Program-made: the position numbers and the translations under genes
Shown: positions 1 through 12,783 of the stretch, one piece after another
Numbering within the stretch: the first letter of the stretch is position 1
Layout: each line of letters begins with the position of its first letter
Notes under the pieces: model-generated
Database searches by the model: none
Told to the model about the DNA's origin: nothing
What the model saw: only the letters and a program-made list of their open reading frames with translations
Origin: Octopus sinensis
Taxonomy: Eukaryota
DNA length: 43,543 nt
Reading direction: 5' to 3'
NCBI RefSeq assembly: GCF_006345805.1
Contig: NW_021835008.1
Span: forward strand, 1 to 43,543

Positions 1-146
1 AAATTATGATTCCTAAAAATCATTAATATGTGTGTGTGTTTATATATATATAATATGTCTGTGTTGTGTGTGTGTGGTGTGCCGCGTCTGTGTGTGTCTG
101 TGTGCGTGCGTGAGTGCGTGTGTGTATCTATGTGTGTATCATTGCG

Positions 147-343
147 TCTGTGTTTTCCTCCCATCACCGCTTGACAGCCGGTGTTGGTGTGTTTACGTCC
201 ATGTTACTTAGTAGTTCAGGAGAAGTGACTGATAGAATGAGTACTAGCCTTTAAAAAATAAGTCCTAGGGTTTATTCAGCTCTGCAACGTTTCAATGTAT
301 GGCCGCAGTCAAATGACTAAAACAAGTGAATGAATAAAGGAAT
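147..343 (+). mobile_element. Octopus-type tRNA-derived SINE (family A), degenerate 3' half
   Basis: Colinear with the 3' half of the full copy at 17790-18207 (gcttgacagccggtgttggtgtgtttacgtcc...ggccgcagtcaaatgactaaaacaagt). Confidence 0.85.
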
Positions 344-368
344 ATATATGTGTGTGTGTGGGCATAAA

Positions 369-402
<34 letters not shown>

Positions 403-569
403 ATAAAAATATATGTACGTATGTATCTGTTGCTTTATATTTCTACATTTGAAGTTATGCAATGGCATTGAAGATTTTGTATAAAGCAGTCAAGTATTCG
501 TAAGTATAAATTCGCTAGAATACGCACGCACGCACGCACACACACACTGACGAATAAGGAATCTCATCT

Positions 570-1200
570 AATGAATTATGTTCCCTGCCGTTGACTACAA
601 TTTTGCAAACTGTGCCAAAGTGAAGAAAATATTAGCAACTGGATATGTCAGTCTGCTACGTACATGCATGATGACTGCAAACCCGTGTTCGAGTATTGCT
701 ATCGCCCGATCCAAAGTTCCACACATGCAAAAGCTGCGACCAGCCATTTTTTGTGATAGACCTTACATTTTTTGAAACCGTTGCCTCTGCATGACGATTC
801 TATACTAGGATTTTCACTAATCACATCCCACTCTCTGAACATGGACAACGTAAACTCACAAAGAACTCGTCTACATCATTGAATATTGTCAGTGTTGCAG
901 ATTTCTCAACAGAGTTTCCCTCTCCTAGAGAGATGTTGTAATAACAGAGGGACACTCCACTCCTAGTAGACGAACTGCGAGTCTGGACACCAACGCCGAG
1001 CATACATACATGCATACATACACTGGTACACATATGGTTGTATGGCCATTGGTTACTCATGAGCCGTTCCGTTTTTGACAGGTCTTATTTATATTCTTGT
1101 AGGATGTCCAACAATCACTTTCCTCACCAAACAAGCTTGATGGGGTTGCCGGCTTAGTCGCTAACGAACCGACCATGCAGCAGTGGGTACTGGTTTACAT
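570..1200 (-). mobile_element. RTE-associated 5' region fragment, same family as 8074-9093
   Basis: Reverse complement of 1035-1200 (atgtaaaccagtac...gcgactaagccggcaaccccatcaagcttg) aligns with 8100-8260. Weaker similarity continues (ctaggagagggaaactc vs ctaggagaaggtaactc). Left boundary uncertain. Confidence 0.65.
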
Positions 1201-1230
1201 ACATAAAAGAATGCATGCATGCACGTGTGT

Positions 1231-1610
1231 AGTTGCAAAGAATATTTCCAATAGTATTCGTGGGAAGGACTGCCCGAACATATACATCGAATGTATGTCA
1301 GAACCAGCAGATATCCACACCTCTAAAATCAAGAAGTACTGGTAGAACAACCAAAATAAAAACATAAATTCGATGCAAAGATAACAGATTTGATATTGTT
1401 CTGTGGAACAGGAAACACAAGTCATGCACTGTTGTAGAGGTCAACTGGCCGGAAGATGTGAATGTACAATCAGATGTCCGGGAGAAGGAGAAAATTTATG
1501 GTGAATTAATGCGGAACTCACAAATCTTGTACCCACACTGTAAATTCTCGTTTGTACCCAACATCACAGATGTATTTGTTTATGTACCAACAAATTTGCG
1601 CAAAAACCAA
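1231..1610 (+). pseudogene. Restriction-like endonuclease domain remnant of an R4/Dong-like (RLE-clade) non-LTR retrotransposon
   Basis: Manual translation across stops and shifts: VAKNI...YW*N..IKT..CKDNRFDIVLWNRKHKSCTVVEVNWPEDVNVQSDVREKEKIYGELMRNSQILYP..KFSFVP. This resembles the NRPDIV...E..P.D.N...EK..KY..L PD-(D/E)xK pattern. Includes ORF 1458-1643. Confidence 0.7.
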
Positions 1611-2451
1611 CAGACAGAGAGAATCAGACAGACAGATAAATAGACAACTAGAGAGAGAGAGAGAGAAAGAAAGAGAGAAAGAGAGACGTTGATGCTCATT
1701 TTCATATTATAATATATACTTCCATTTTAATTTCAAGGATTACACATAGTCGGTGTCTTACTAAAAACATCGTTTACAAATGCACATTATCCGCATTCAG
1801 CTCTAACTATATATATATATCAGCTCATTGGGCAACCACCAATCTAGCTTCAAGTCCTAAACAATCCACATGAAAGTCTTTTTCTCACCGTATGCATAAG
1901 AAAATAAACATAATAATTCTACGTTATGACAATTATAACCATAGAAATTATACGTCAGACCAATTAATATATCTAACTATTAAAAATGTTAAACATTTTT
2001 AGAGAAATTATACACATTATGTTGTATGAAAAGCAATTACAATTGATGGGCTTTTTTAGACTGAAATATACAAATGCTATTCTAAATTTGTGAGAACATT
2101 TCAGTGTACAATTACAATTCAATGATATTAATTTAGAATTAAGTATATCATACATTTCCTCAAAACAATGATCACATTTAAAATTACCAGTAATATACGA
2201 AGATGCGTAACTAATACTGGACCAGTTAAAATCCTAATTAATGTTCCTATCTTTTAAATTCGAAATACATTTATTAAAATTCTTTAACACCACTTTCAGA
2301 TACAAACACACACATACATACACACACACATACACGCTCTCTCTCTCTGTCACTTTCTCCCCAGTCCTCGCCCTCTTGTACCATCTTATATCCCTCCTCA
2401 CCCCTACACACTCAATATTACTATAAAAAGAGACAAAATTCCTGCAAAATT

Positions 2452-2491
2452 CAATTTGACAACATCACTAGAGTGGACGAAAGCGCTATTA
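2452..2491 (+). ncRNA. Degenerate hammerhead-like motif (U3-A8 core)
   Basis: UUGACAA-caUCAC uaga GUGGac-GAAA-GCGC-UA; palindromic stem III AGCGCU; stem I poor. Confidence 0.4.
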
Positions 2492-2586
2492 TATATGATA
2501 TATGATTTATAAAAACATGTAACATACTAATTAATATCTGTAAATATTAAGCCATCCAGATTTCTGAGTACCTCATTTCTTCTAAT

Positions 2587-2618
<32 letters not shown>

Positions 2619-2642
2619 ACATATATATATATTTGTATATAT

Positions 2643-2763
2643 TGGCCTGCTCGCTTAGCCAGGGGGCTGGCGTCATTTGAAGTCTAAAACAATGCGAAGC
2701 GCATTGAGACCAGCGATGTGTAGCAACATCTGATAGCCTGGTCGGTCACGTTGATCGCGTGAT
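2643..2763. repeat. Short interspersed repeat fragment between (TA)n tracts
   Basis: GC-richer 120-bp island flanked by TA runs; recalled as an abundant octopus repeat; not classifiable from this window. Confidence 0.4.
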
Positions 2764-2771
2764 ATATATAC

Positions 2772-2810
<39 letters not shown>

Positions 2811-2908
2811 AACTAAACCAGAAACGCGAAATGATTGCAAAGGTTCTTCGTTGTCTTCGTGAAGCAGTACGGCAAAACAATCCGATTTGTGAGCAGCACA
2901 ATATATAT

Positions 2909-3826
2909 AATGGTTTAGTGAAAAATTATCCGACCAAATGACAAATAATATAAAAAACTCATCATTTTGATTTGGTTTCCCTCAAAGTATTCGCCTTGGG
3001 TGTCTAAACACTTCTGCTATCGTTCCTGGCACTGCTGGAAGCATTTCTGGAAATCACTTTTGGGATGGAGTCGATCTATTTTTATTTTATTTTTATTGTT
3101 ATTTTATCTAGTTTCTGCTCATGAGCTGTGGCCATGCTGGAGCACCGCCGTGGAACTTTGCTTAATGTCATCTGTTGACTCAAATCTTATCCTGTTGAAT
3201 GTTTTTTTTTGACGTTTAAGAATAGCTGAGAGTCACAAAGAGCCAAGTCTGGAGAGTAGGAACCCTCATGAACAAGTTGTGAGTTTTGTTTGACGAGAAA
3301 TGCTTCGACGACGAGGGCGAGTGAGCGGGTGCGTATTCATGGTGGAGTTACAAGTTCTTTGCTGCTCACAAATCGGATTGTTTTCGCCGTACTGTTTCAC
3401 GAAGACAACGAAGAACCTTTGCAATCATTTCGTCATTTCTGTTAGTTGATATTCTGCGACAACGTGCCTCACCGTCCACTGAGGTGTAGCCATCTTTGAA
3501 CCAGTCGTAACACAACTTCATCTCTGCTTTTCAGATTGCATCATCTCCAAAGACCTTTTGAATCTTCTCGATAGTCTGGGCTTGCATTTAACCAAGTTTT
3601 TGGCAGAATTTGATATAGTATATTTGCTCTATGCGCTAAAAAAATATCACGCAGCACTCTCATCACGTCTGTACTCAATGAGTCAATGCGGGCGAGTGAC
3701 ACAGCCTACAAACATGAACATTTTGGGACATGCTCAGGAGGGAGGCGGCCACCTAATACTCGTGCGGATTTTCCTCACGCATTATCATTTTGTGCAAAAA
3801 AATTAAGATTGAATACTTTTTGACTA
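2909..3826 (-). mobile_element. Internally deleted mariner-family DNA transposon (transposase pseudogene)
   Basis: Minus-strand translation gives N-terminal KFCQKLG*..TIEKIQKVFGDDA..WFKDG..RNDEMIAKV joined directly to LRCLRETVRRK..LHHEYAPAH..YSPDLALCD..FQKCFQQCQER*QKC..QGEYFEG. Degenerate TIRs (tagtgaaaaattatcc / tagtcaaaaagtattc) in TA context. Confidence 0.85.
3078..3150 (-). mobile_element. 5'-truncated SINE family A tail inserted in the mariner
   Basis: gctgtggccatgctggagcaccgcc matches the SINE 3' end (4965-4987, 18148-18170), followed by a T-rich tail; it interrupts the transposase frame. Confidence 0.7.
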
Positions 3827-4334
3827 TATATATATTGTATTCAATTAGAGGATAAAATGGCTTCATTAAGGCATAGTAATATTCAATGAATTACTTGTTC
3901 ATTGCCTGATACTTTTTGTGAATAATAACATTTAAAAAACAGTAGGTCTAAATATCTAAATATTTATAAAACAATAATCTTGGTTTATAAATATTCAAAA
4001 GGAAATTTACAAAATGGAAATGTAGCATTAATGTAATACATTATCTGCAAAAACCCATCATTTCTCCTCTGTGATGAGATTTTGTCTAATGCCATGATTT
4101 AGTTAATGTAATTTAATCTTTTAGCCTAAATTGAAACAGCTGTAGGAGAATATGTTGGAGTTTTGCAGATAAATTTTCTTATATATATATCAGCCCGAGT
4201 GGTGAAATAATACGAGCACACATATACATAACGAATTTGATTTGATTTTAAACAGGCAAATTGGAGAGGACATATTCTCGTAACCAATAATTGCAGCCTG
4301 CGCACGAACTGGCAATAGTATATATGTAAACATG

Positions 4335-4367
<33 letters not shown>

Positions 4368-4441
4368 ATATATATATATATAATATATAATATATACTTA
4401 TATATATACTTTTTAAAAAGCAGCAAAAATATCACAAAAAC

Positions 4442-4477
4442 TATTACTCAGAGTTTCACATTCTCGTTCGTCGGACA
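4442..4477 (-). ncRNA. Minimal type I hammerhead-like motif (U4C core) in a PLE-like non-coding repeat (~4410-4820)
   Basis: RNA: UGU-CCGACGA-ACG agaa UGU-GAAA-CUC u GAG-UA-AUA. A related copy at 40100-40270 lacks the motif core. Confidence 0.6.
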
Positions 4478-4917
4478 TTTTTGTTTAGATTGGAACAAAA
4501 ATAAGGTATCGGCAAACATATAAGGATACACATTTGAAAATGGTTTTGTTTAAGTGGTTTCAGCCTTTCAACTAACGGTCTTTACAATGACCAGTTGCAT
4601 GTTAGGAACAAATTTCGGTATAAAATCATCTTATAAGACCGAAGAAAACCTTTAATCAAAAATAGCTTATAAAGACGGTCAGATTCTAAATACCCAGGAT
4701 AAAAAATTTTTTGCAAAATAGTAATCAATTAATACATTAAAATTTATATCCGCTTAAAAAATATTTTCGCGTTGGATTACGTATACATTTCGCAGTATAT
4801 GCACACACCAAACCATCTATAATATATATATATATACACTAAAAAACATAGACGCATGTACATAGCTACAGACATATACATACATATACAGGCAAGACAA
4901 ATATATATATATATATA

Positions 4918-5146
4918 TACTCTTACTCTCTTTTACTCTTTTACTTGTTTCAGTTCATTTGACTGCCGCCATGCTGGAGCACCACCTTTAGTCGAGCAAA
5001 TCGACCCCGGGACTTATTCTTTGTAAGCCCAGTACTTTATTTTATCGGTCTCTTTTGCCGAACCGCTAAGTGACGGGGACGTTAACACACCAGCATCGGT
5101 TGTCAAGCGATGGGGATGGGGGCCAAACACAGACAGACAACATATA

Positions 5147-5200
<54 letters not shown>

Positions 5201-5353
5201 ATACATATACGACGGGCTTCTTTCAGTTTCCGTCTACCAAATCCCCTCACAGGCATTGTCGGCCGAGGTATAGCAGATGACACTTGCCAAGATGCCACGC
5301 AGTGGACTGAACCCGGAACCATGTGGTTGGTAAGCAAGCTACTTACCACACAG
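4918..5353 (-). mobile_element. Octopus-type tRNA-derived SINE (family A), near full length
   Basis: Reverse complement ctgtgtggtaagtagcttgcttaccaaccacatggttccgggttcagtcc (A/B boxes), internal TA/CA microsatellite, AAAGAGT-repeat tail; matches 17790-18207. Confidence 0.92.
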
Positions 5354-5619
5354 TTAGTTGTTACAGCGAAAGAAAGAAAAGAAAGATAAGCAAAAATCAG
5401 AAAATATGGGGAGGAGGAAGAAAAGGGCGGAGAAGAAGAAAAAGAGAAGAAAAGAGAAACAGAGAACTAACGAGAGAAAGGGAGTGGGTGGGAAATAGAC
5501 AGGGTCAGGGAGTGCAACATTGTGACGTACAAAAGTAAGCAACAACGTCTGTATGCTTGGCATAGCAACGAACACATAACAACGCACACATATAATTACA
5601 TGTATATCTACATGAGTAG

Positions 5620-5760
5620 GGCTTATTGTTTGTAAGCCTAGTACTTTATTTTATCGGTCTCTTTTTGCCGAACCGCTAAGTTATGAGGACGCAACTAAGC
5701 GGTTCAGCATCTGTTATCAAGCGATCGTGGGGGACAAACACAGACACACAAACACACAGA
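5620..5760 (-). mobile_element. SINE family A fragment
   Basis: ttgtaagcctagtactttattttatcggtctctttttgccgaaccgctaag is near-identical to 5020-5070. Confidence 0.85.
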
Positions 5761-7450
5761 CACCCCCCACACACACACCCACACACACACAGACACACAA
5801 ACACAAACACACATACACACACACACACATAAACACATATGAGTGTGGGCATTGACAGATGTATTTATGTCCATACATTCGAGTACACATACACTGTACA
5901 GCTACCATTTATGTCTTCATATGATAAAAGAAAACTGGTTACCTAATTTCAGTTGTTAGAGTGATTAGGTATCGATTTCATACGTTCACCAGTTCATTGT
6001 GAGTATATATATATATGAAATTATGTATGTATCTATATACATATATATATATATATATTGTCCATGTTCGTGCATGTTTATGTGCGCAGCACAGCTATAC
6101 ATTTGTATTTCATTTATTTATTTATATAGTTTCATTTATTTATAGTTCTATAATTAGCTCGCTGATGCTTGAAATCATTTAAAGCATGATACACTAAATT
6201 GTTATAAATTGTTTTGCCTTCCATTTATTCGCTGTTTATTACTGATATTTTCCTTATTCCCATTTGCTTATAAATATTTAATTGTCATAGAACAGATTTT
6301 AGATATGCGTCCAAGGATTTTCATTTCATATGATTAAATATTAAATAAGAAGGAAGTTAGAAGCCGTAAGCAAATTTTATTAAAGAAATGACCACAGTAC
6401 ATACATAAATAATGTACCTAATAGTGGCATCGTTTAAATTTAGAAGACGATTGACTGAAATCGCAATGTTTTTAACGCATCCATGGCAGAGGAAATACAA
6501 CAAAATAAAGTAAAATACCGTGGATGCCAACACACTTTTATATAACGATATTTAAGTAGGATTTCTATGCTAGAACTATGTTGAATGGTAAACTAAATAG
6601 GGAGATTTTCGAAATCTTTCAAAGTCTGCCTGTTCTTCTTGTTGCCATAAATTAGTATTAATTTGCAATAATTTTGCTGTATTTGAGAAACGCTTTTACG
6701 TAAATACCTCCATAACATATATTATAGATATAATATTATAGAAACGGTATAAATATACATGACCGTTTTGGGAGCACATATGCAGGAAATTTCCTTATTG
6801 TATTCCTATTATCAAATCGAAGAACCTCACCAACAATAATCTACCTGGCATATAGGCTTATACGTAGAGCTATCCCAATCATTCTTGGCATTTCCGCTAC
6901 TCCCACTCAAATTTCAATGAAATCTTTCGAGAATAGTTATTCCCTCCTTCCACATGCCATCCTTTCGAAGTGAAGGTCAGTGAAGCCTCTACTAAAGAAA
7001 TAAGTCCTCATAACACTCAAGCCTCATCCATCATACAACCTCTTTCCCTGTTGCTAGAAGGACAGAAGAAAGTTGCTATCCCAGTTTCGCAGTCAGCTTG
7101 GTTCCAACTATCTCTGTAATCTATTGTAAATTATGTTGTTGTTGTGGATGGATCTGCTCGGCATCACGCAGATTTTGTTCTTTCTCGAATATATCACCGA
7201 CAAAAAACGCCAACTTTTCTGCTAACTCCGTCTTTAGCTGAAGTATAGCTCACCTTGCCTACGACGTCCCGCTTACAGTTGGCACTTTTAGTTACACTCT
7301 GCAGCTCTGAGTTATAGGAACTCTCTCGTTCTGCTACCGTTTGCAGTAAACGATATCCAAATCTGGTAGAGTTTTCAGCATTAAGCATACATACATACAT
7401 GCATACACACACACATACATATATATACATATATGTAAATATATATATAT

Positions 7451-7526
<76 letters not shown>

Positions 7527-7939
7527 TCATATATGTACGAGTTTGTGAATGTATATATTAATATATGGAAGTACACTTGTATGTACATGCAAATATTCTC
7601 CTGGTTGTAGACCAACATTCACTTCTGTTCATGCCAATTTATCTCTATGAAATTCTCGCATTCATTAGTGTTGTGACGATAGCAAAACTTATTCATTCTA
7701 AGAACTTAATCTAGTTGAAACTTCGGGATCCCTAAGATCCGCCAAAGTATCCAATCACTGGCGTCCCTTATGTCTAAAGTGTAGACATTCACGAATAGAT
7801 TGAACATCCATTAAGACCAACGTACAGTGGCACAGCTGTCATTGCTGTGACTGTGCATCAAATTATGTATATGTGATAAACTTGCTACCAAACCTATCAC
7901 AGAAATTTCTCTGCTCCAGAGCGAGTTGACGACCATTAT

Positions 7940-8070
7940 ATATGTATGTATGCGTGTATGTATTTGTGTATGCATGCATGCATGTATGTATGTATGCATG
8001 CATGCATGTATGTATTTATGTATGTATGTATGTATGCATGTATGTATGTATGCATGCATGTATGTTTATG
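7940..8070. repeat. (TATG/CATG)n microsatellite
   Basis: Direct tandem repeat. Confidence 0.95.
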
Positions 8071-8073
8071 TCA

Positions 8074-9092
8074 GGTCACTTTCGAGTGCTACTGGTAACA
8101 TGTAACCCAGTACAACCTGTTGCATGGTCCGGTCGTCGGCGACTAAACCGGCAGCCCCACCAAGCTTGCTTGTTGAGGAGGGTGTTTATTGGACACCCTG
8201 CGGGATGAAAAACAAAACCCGTCAAAGGGCGGAGGAACTCTTGAGTGTCAACGGCCATCCAATAAATGTCTTAAGGCTGTATCATGCACGGGGACATAGA
8301 AATAATCGGACTGAATACCCGATCGCGCGGTTAAACCATTGGGAGAGAAGGACTCCTAGCCTTTGTTAGGGCATCCTTCTAGGAGAAGGTAACTCAGGAA
8401 ACTGGGATAACTCCGACATAAAACCTGCGGCTCAGTGGTTACCGATGATGTTGACTTGTTCTTCTTTACGGATTATGGCTGCTCTTGCTTAGTGAGTGGG
8501 ATTGACTCAGTGCACAGCCTTTCCTCACTTTAAAAAAATATTCTTGCACAGGCATTGCACGATGACAACATTGTTCATGATTGTCGATGGTGCTATGAGT
8601 CTCAACTGAATGGCTGGCTGTAGCCTTAAAAAGCAAATAAAAGTCATTCGATCATAGCACCAATAACAGTTAAGCTTCGTGCAATGGCCATACTCGATAA
8701 CGAGGGGGCAGCCATGATGTATACGAATAAATGACAATGACCTTTTTGTGTGCACAGTCTGTGAGAGACCATGCCTGTCTTAGGCTGGCCTCATCTGCAA
8801 ATGCATGGAAAACGAACCTCCACCAACTATTCTGCCTTTATGTATATGCTCACCTTTGAATGCAGTGTGTGCCAGAAGTTTTGAAAATCCATTGGAGGCC
8901 TCAAAAGACATGTTAAGATCCACAAAATGCAGAACTTATCTGCAGCTCTTGGTGGTCCAAATCGGAGGTGCAATCTATGTTGGTGACTTTTCAGAACATT
9001 GTCTGGTTTAAAAAAAAACACATCAGACGCCATGATCGGGGTAAGGTGTAGGTGTGGAGATGGTCAAACTCTGTATAAGGAGCAGACAACCA

Positions 9093-9093
<1 letters not shown>
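8074..9093 (+). mobile_element. Internally deleted (non-autonomous) RTE-clade retroelement: 5' region fused to a 3' end encoding C2H2-like fingers
   Basis: 5' part shared with 570-1200(-); 3' part (8740-9090) shared with 12440-12785. Translations include VCERPCLS*AGL, FECSVCQKF*KSIGGLKRHVKIH and CNLCW*LFRTLSGLKKHIRRH. Ends in (TA)n. Confidence 0.7.
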
Positions 9094-9133
<40 letters not shown>

Positions 9134-10197
9134 TACGTGTGCATTGTGTCATGAGAAAGGGAGGAACATCCAGGAATTTAACATAGAGATATTATTATTT
9201 TACACTATGGAACCACAGAATAAAGATATCCTTCCAAATTTCAGATAAATTCGAGTGGAATTTTTATTGAAATGAATTGAAAACCAAGTTGACCACTGAG
9301 GCTTGTGTTAGATGGAATTTCAAATTACTCGGCGAAGGATAGATTTATTTATATGAAATATTCATTATAGAAGGGTAATTTCTGTGTAATTATTCGATAG
9401 GTTTGACTGTGAGTTTAACAGCAGCTTCACTGAAATCACATACTTCTGTATGCGTTATAAATATTTGGAGCCGAACGAATTGTTAAAATATTGAAATAGC
9501 AGAGTAAGGGAAGAAATTATTAAAACTTAAGAAAAAAATTTTAATTGATTTTAAATAAAATACTATGTAAGATATATCAAAAATTATATTGATAAAGACT
9601 GTAAAGTCATTTTTAATAATACGAAATATGGGAATTAAAAATAGGGGATCATTAAAAAAGTATAGTGCTTTGTTAGAAAGAATTTAGTAAGATCTATAAC
9701 AATGTCCAATACTCTGCTAAACGCCAAGTGTGATGTCAAGTTAAAATGTCCTCTATGAAGTGCGAATGTCTTCTATGAAGTCGAATGTCGTTCTTTCGAA
9801 AATTAACTAGGAAGCTTTTGGTATAAGCCTGCAATCAACATCTGCTACCATATCTATCTGCGATGCTCCACTTAATACTTTAAATACACTCGTTTATGTA
9901 GCCTGCAGTCTTTTATTAATTGGCAGTTATAGCTTGAATTTTGTTTTATAGCAAAGAAGGTTTTGGATAATGGCTTTTAAGTTGTTGAGCCTGAGATGAC
10001 TAAAGCGATTTTGGATGACACTGTAAGATTATTTCTTAGGCGTAATTTCTGCTTCATATATTCATATACAGTAGTTTCTGAATTATATAATCATTTTATT
10101 AGACTCGAATGTATAAACATGTGCTTGTGCGCACGCGTGTTTATGTACGTGTATATATGTATGTAGACAAAACAAACAACACACACCACACACTAAC

Positions 10198-10245
<48 letters not shown>

Positions 10246-10284
10246 TATATTATATATATAGTGAGAGAGAGAGAGAGAGAGAGA

Positions 10285-10475
10285 GAGATACAAAATGATA
10301 ACAGAAAAACAACAAAAAACTCAATAAAACAGAGTGAATGATATATTTGATTGACGCTCCATGAAAAATAGGAGTTTAAGTGACGTTTCGAGCATGGCTC
10401 TTCGTTGGAAAGAGGAAAATTGTAGAGAGAAAGGAAAAAGGGGGCAGGTAGTCTGAAGAAAATCACGAACAACTA
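10285..10475 (-). mobile_element. Short non-coding repeat with decayed hammerhead motif (10381-10410)
   Basis: RNA CCAACGA-A-GAGC cau GCUC-GAAA-CG-UC; same architecture as 34259-34293 and 19687-19724. Confidence 0.55.
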
Positions 10476-11236
10476 TATATGGCCAAGAAATGAAAGGTAG
10501 TTGTTTTTTTAAAAGCAGAAGACAGCAAAAATGGTTATTGTGTGAATGTGTGTGTGAGAAAGAGTGTGTGAGTATGTAGGATACTTGTGTGCGTGCAGTG
10601 TATATTTCTAAATATGATTTTTAACTGTGTGACTGGCGTGTTTGTGGGGGATGGTAGTGTATGTATATGTACGTTTGAGTTTGTGTGAAAAACTGAATCT
10701 AACAAGTTAGTAAAGCAGAACAATAGTACGAGTTAGCGGTACACGGACGCGGGATCGAGAGGCTGTGCGTGTACGTCAGTGTTTGTGAATTGGTGCATAT
10801 GTGGGAAATAACCAGCCAGTATAGACTAAACCTATGCAGATACTCTAACGTCAATTTGAAATAGTTTCATATATTAAAGTCGAGTCGAAAATTTCGCTGC
10901 TACACACCACTTCTAAGCGTGACACGTGATGTATGTATGTATGTATGTATGTATGTATGTATATATGTATGTATGTATGTATCTGTATATGTCTTTATAC
11001 GTATTTTTAAACCAGTGCTTACTATTGCATAGCAATACTGCAATTGAATACTAGGTATGGGTGGGCGTAAATTGGAAATTTACCTAGAATTTATAAGGCA
11101 AATAAAAAAAAGTGAGAGGATATAAAATCGACAAACATCAGCCAGTAAACATTCCATTATATCTATTTTTTAAATGATAACAAACATGTGTTTAAGTGGT
11201 ACAAGTAAACGAATGAAAGCAGCCAATAAATACGTA

Positions 11237-11274
<38 letters not shown>

Positions 11275-11323
11275 GGGGTGTAGAAATGAAGGAATAATAA
11301 TAAATGAGTGCGCTGATACAAAT

Positions 11324-11452
11324 CACTTACGGCCGTTTCTACCATGCCTCAGAATCTTCCAAGTCATCCTCATCCCGTCAGCGATATACAGGGATGAACA
11401 AACATTGGACAGAGATTGGATGATGGTTGAGCCTCAAGAGATCTTCAGAGTG
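11324..11452 (-). ncRNA. Type I hammerhead-like motif with ~100-nt stem II expansion
   Basis: RNA CACU-CUGAAGA-[102 nt with nested hairpins, e.g. UCAUCCC...GGGAUGA]-GAAA-CGGCCG-UA-AGUG; palindromic stem III ACGGCCGU; element flanked by (TA)n. Confidence 0.65.
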
Positions 11453-11907
11453 TACATGTGGAAACTAACATGTGGAAATTCAATTAGAATAATAGAGCAG
11501 GGTAAAATAGAATAAGATAGAATAAAATAGGTGAAAATGAAAATAATGTAATGTAATGTAATAGACATCGTAAGGAAAGGTAAGAACTGCATTTCAAATT
11601 GTTATTATCATCCATGATATTCCATCTGGTAGTAAGTAAATAAAATCACTCTCATGAGATACATCCCTAGATTACGGTTTACATCGTGTTTCCATTATAC
11701 TGAGGGAAATAGTATTATGTGGTGGGGATCAGAAATTAGAGGCTAACCGCAGGAGATTCCGAAGTTGTCCGGAGGCCGAGGCTGAAGCCAATTTTATTGA
11801 ACGAATTTACTCTTTAATATGTCGAGGTATTTTTATGTAATTTTTGTAAATATACTTTTTAAAATGCGATAGTGTTATTTTCATTTTTGCGTAATTACAA
11901 CGAGGGT

Positions 11908-11954
<47 letters not shown>

Positions 11955-11987
11955 TAATATATATATACATATATATATAATAAACAT

Positions 11988-12246
11988 TGCAGCGTGGAGG
12001 TGTTTATAAGTCATTTACAGAAACACACAAAAGCCGTTCGATTCACTTCAACATTTAAATTTAATTCGTCAAAATATTTTCCTTTGCGACTGACAAAACT
12101 TCATGCAGCACAAAGTTTTGTTAGTGAACAGTTCGAGGTCTGAAAAGCGAGGAAAATATTTGACAAATTAAATTTTAAATGTTGAAGTGAATCGAACGGC
12201 TTTTGTGTGGTTTCTTAAATGACTTACAAACACCTTCCACGCTGCA
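11988..12246. repeat. ~260-bp fold-back (two ~96-bp inverted arms) carrying a G3-C8 hammerhead-like motif at 12117-12167(+)
   Basis: tgcagcgtggaggtgttt...aaaatattttcct mirrors aggaaaatattt...aaacaccttccacgctgca; motif UUUGUUA-GUGAACA-gUUCG..CGAG-GAAA-AUAUU-UGACAAA. Confidence 0.85.
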
Positions 12247-12321
12247 TTTTTTTCGTTCCAGCACACGATCTCAGATCAAGTCACTCGCTATGCAAGTACA
12301 TCTCCGTAATATATATATATA

Positions 12322-12783
12322 CGTCCTTGCTTCGGATCGAACTAGATGGCAAACAAAAGTGTCAAGTGGAGTGAGAGCGTGTGAGAAGGCTGACACATGC
12401 ACGACCCAAGAGAGATTTAAAGAATGTTATGATCGAGAAGGTGGACCTTTCGTGTGAAGAGTTTGTGAATGACCACGCCTTTCTTTTCTTGGGCTGAAAT
12501 CTCATTCGTGGGCACATGAAAACAAACCTCGACTAACTTCTCTGCCTATATATCTGTGCAAACCTTTCAATGCCGTGTATGCTACAAGGTTTGTAAATCT
12601 AACGGAGGCCTCAAAAGACATTTTAAGATCCACAAAGATCAGAACGTAACTGCAGCTATTGGTGGTCGAAATCGGATATGCAATTTACGTGAGTGCCTTT
12701 CCAATTCATTGTCTGGTTTAAAAAAGCCACATTAGACGCCATGATGGCTCTAAAGTGTAAGTACCAGAGGTAGTCAGATTCTG

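Noticed and set aside
9730-9790. Short tandem duplication aatgtc.tctatgaagt
   Set aside because: Ordinary ~21-bp slippage repeat with no further structure.
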